Shown piece after piece: positions 29,855 to 32,000 of a DNA stretch of 32,000 bases (its first letter is position 1; the number at the start of each line of letters is the position of its first letter). This DNA comes from Acinetobacter wanghuae. Its GTDB lineage: Bacteria > Pseudomonadota > Gammaproteobacteria > Pseudomonadales > Moraxellaceae. A program made the position numbers and the translations under genes. The notes under the pieces were generated by a model, which saw nothing but the letters and a program-made list of their open reading frames with translations, did not search any database and was not told where the DNA came from. The stretch is taken from the NCBI RefSeq assembly GCF_009557235.1, contig NZ_CP045650.1:2220001-2252000 (forward strand), written 5' to 3'.

Positions 29855-30884
29855 ATGGCTGATTCAGTTGTCTTTTCCGACTTAAAAGGGTCTGTCCTGT
29901 CGCAGCTTTATAAGCTCGTGCTAAGGCAGATTGATCCGAATAATCAAGTTGCTGTGCAATAGTGCTCAATGACATATTTTGCGCTAACAATGCATCACAA
30001 CGTTTGATACGCTCATGTTCTAACAATTTTTTAAAAGAAGTGCCTTCATCATTCAACTGCCGCTGTAATGTGCGCATAGACAGATTTAACACATCCGCCA
30101 ATTGTTTAATTTTCATGACTTTTTGTTTGTTTCTAAGATGTTCCGCAATGTGTTTCTGCGCACGCTGTAGAGTCGACTCAATCTGAGCCTTATCGGAAAT
30201 CGCTTGCTCTGCTTGTTGTAAGAGCAATTGCAATAACATCGGGTCTGGTTGTTCAGACTTAAGATTTAGACCGTGTACATCAATAATAAAACCATAATGA
30301 TCTTGAGCAAACGATATGGGTGCGGCAAAGAAATGCTGCACATATTTCGCTGCCATTTTAGGTTTATGGGCAAAGTTGACCTGCTTGAGTAGCAATTGAT
30401 GGTGTTCTAGAATTGAACGTGCTAACTGCAACATTGCCGCCATGGTTAGTTCATTGAGTAGATTATATTTTTCATCCAAAAACGCCCAACACAGCTCAAT
30501 TTCATTGGCACTTTGTTTTAGTTGTACTGGTACCAATTCATTGCCATCAATCACTAAGCGCTGAAAACGCATGATATAGCCAATCATTTCTGCAAGGTCT
30601 TGGCTTTTTGATGCCATATAGCCTAGCAACCCGAAATGTTCTGGACGAATCGCGTCAACAATATTAAAAATTAATTGCGGTCGGTTTAAGTGCTTTTGAG
30701 TCGTGAAGATGATGCGATTGAGCAATGCAAGTGGCACTTGAGTATCAAAGGATTGCTCAAGTCGCGACCCAAGCTCATGTTGAAACTCCTGCAAAAACTC
30801 AGCCGTTAATGGTTCTATACCTTGGCTGCGCAAATAACTTGCCCACAATTGAATATAACCATTTGAGATATAAACATCTTGCAT
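29853..30884 (-). CDS. AraC-family transcriptional regulator with N-terminal ligand-binding domain
   Basis: 343 aa. The C-terminal double HTH reads IKQLADVLNLSMRTLQRQLNDEGTSFKKLL...LSTIAQQLDYSDQSALARAYKAATGQT. It is divergent from the downstream enzyme gene. Confidence 0.88.
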   Translation of the reverse strand: MQDVYISNGYIQLWASYLRSQGIEPLTAEFLQEFQHELGSRLEQSFDTQVPLALLNRIIFTTQKHLNRPQLIFNIVDAIRPEHFGLLGYMASKSQDLAEMIGYIMRFQRLVIDGNELVPVQLKQSANEIELCWAFLDEKYNLLNELTMAAMLQLARSILEHHQLLLKQVNFAHKPKMAAKYVQHFFAAPISFAQDHYGFIIDVHGLNLKSEQPDPMLLQLLLQQAEQAISDKAQIESTLQRAQKHIAEHLRNKQKVMKIKQLADVLNLSMRTLQRQLNDEGTSFKKLLEHERIKRCDALLAQNMSLSTIAQQLDYSDQSALARAYKAATGQTLLSRKRQLNQP

Positions 30885-31027
30885 GCAGCGCCCCTTTTAA
30901 GCATCTTGAATCGGTAAATTATTGTTATTATTTGGCATAAAATGTATAAAAAATGGCTGTAACTGTCAAAACAATTCAGTGACTGTAGGAGATACTGTTA
31001 TCATTGCCATCACACAGAATAATCAAA

Positions 31028-31906
31028 ATGAATGCAGTCCTAAAAACCCCTATTCACCCTGTGGTTCGCAGCAATCTTGATTTTAAACTGAATGACATTC
31101 CGCGCTATTGGTTTGGGGGTGATCCATTTATCACGCGGATGTTTGATGCCTTAAGCCTGACATTTCCTGACGGCGAACGCTATTTTATTCAAAGTGTACG
31201 TTTGTTTCGCGACCAGATTACCGATCCTGATTTACAAAAACGCGTGGCTGACTTTATTCGTCAAGAAGCGCAACATGGCATTGCCCATGAAAAAATGAAT
31301 CAGGTGATGCGTGAACAAGGCATGCCTGTTAATCAATTTATTGCACGCTTAAATCAAATTTTTAAATTTGAACTCGAAAAACGTTCACCTCAATACAATA
31401 TTGCCATGACAGCTGCGGCTGAACATTTAACAGCGCTGATGGCAGAAACATTTTATGGTCATAAATCGACATTAAGGCATGGGCATCCTTATGTGAGAGC
31501 ATTATTTGCATGGCATGCGATTGAGGAAATGGAACACCGCGATGTGGCATTTGATGTGATGAAAGACGTTGCGAAAACTCCTGAATGGTTAAGAAGGTCG
31601 ACGCTCCTCACCACTACCGTCTTGATGTTTGCTTTCACACTGTATCGCGCCAATGTCATGCTGAAATATGATGGCTTTAGTCCGTTACAGCGCTTACACA
31701 TGAATATTAAAGGGTTGCCTTGGTTCTTTGGTAAAAATGGCACCTTAACGCGCATGAGTAAGCAATATCGAGATTGGTTTAAAACCGATTTTCACCCAAG
31801 TCAACATCCTGTTATTGCACAATATGATGTTTGGGTTAAAACACTTGAAGAAACCAATGATCCAATTCAGGCTGGAGAAGCTTTTTGGCAAGCAGCGAAA
31901 GATTGA
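31028..31906 (+). CDS. Protein of the family usually annotated 'predicted metal-dependent hydrolase'; it carries a di-iron-like E / ExxH / E / ExxH motif set
   Basis: The ATG at 31028 (MNAVLKTP...) is preferred over the TTG at 31004. Sequence blocks: FPDGERYFIQSVR, RQEAQHGIAHE, AAAEHLTALMAE and IEEMEHRDVAFD. A terminator follows. Confidence 0.8.
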   Translation: MNAVLKTPIHPVVRSNLDFKLNDIPRYWFGGDPFITRMFDALSLTFPDGERYFIQSVRLFRDQITDPDLQKRVADFIRQEAQHGIAHEKMNQVMREQGMPVNQFIARLNQIFKFELEKRSPQYNIAMTAAAEHLTALMAETFYGHKSTLRHGHPYVRALFAWHAIEEMEHRDVAFDVMKDVAKTPEWLRRSTLLTTTVLMFAFTLYRANVMLKYDGFSPLQRLHMNIKGLPWFFGKNGTLTRMSKQYRDWFKTDFHPSQHPVIAQYDVWVKTLEETNDPIQAGEAFWQAAKD

Positions 31907-31910
31907 ATCG

Positions 31911-31941
31911 AAAAAAGCCTTCTCATCTGAAGGCTTTTTTT
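31911..31941. terminator. Bidirectional rho-independent terminator
   Basis: AAAAA-AGCCTTC-TCATCT-GAAGGCT-TTTTTT. Confidence 0.8.
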
Positions 31942-31942
31942 A

Positions 31943-32000
31943 TTACCACTTGGCATAGTGTTGTTCTAATAATCCATATTCATTCGAAAAGACAATATCT
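31943..32000 (-). CDS. Possible 3' end of a minus-strand gene running off the right edge
   Basis: The open frame on the minus strand ends ...ILSFSNEYGLLEQHYAKW-stop (TAA is the reverse complement of 31943-31945), right next to the bidirectional terminator. It is too short to identify. Confidence 0.3.
   Translation of the reverse strand, partial: DIVFSNEYGLLEQHYAKW

Overview
This is a chromosomal, mostly core-genome segment that reads like an Acinetobacter (Moraxellaceae) genome. That call rests on the 16S/23S/5S sequences, the gene content and order, an ISAba-like IS982-family element and AT-rich intergenic DNA. Gene order, left to right: rsmA (partial) and pdxA (-); rplM-rpsI (+); sspA-sspB plus a 214-aa tail-anchored ORF (+); a four-gene Roadblock / orphan / small Ras-like GTPase / Roadblock cluster (+); one intact IS982-family IS with an 8-bp target duplication; a complete rrn operon on the minus strand (16S, tRNA-Ile, tRNA-Ala, 23S, 5S); a membrane GGDEF diguanylate cyclase (+); a tRNA operon Pro-Arg-His-Pro (-); nadA, argJ, a small secreted protein and secA (all -); a 1-Cys peroxiredoxin (+); a hairpin-rich spacer; a Cys-X5-Arg phosphatase lipoprotein (+); a translationally coupled trpA-accD-folC-SPOR operon (-); an NhaC-type transporter (+); and an AraC regulator (-) divergent from a protein usually labelled metal-dependent hydrolase that carries a di-iron-like motif set (+). 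The best candidate for an undescribed system is the kinase-less, conservon-like / MglA-MglB-like GTPase module at about 4.8-7.4 kb. I saw no CRISPR array, prophage, toxin-antitoxin pair or recognisable defence genes. All calls come from by-eye reading of the sequence and the ORF track. No database search was run, RNA ends are good to about +/-10 nt, and family assignments from remembered motifs need HMM confirmation.
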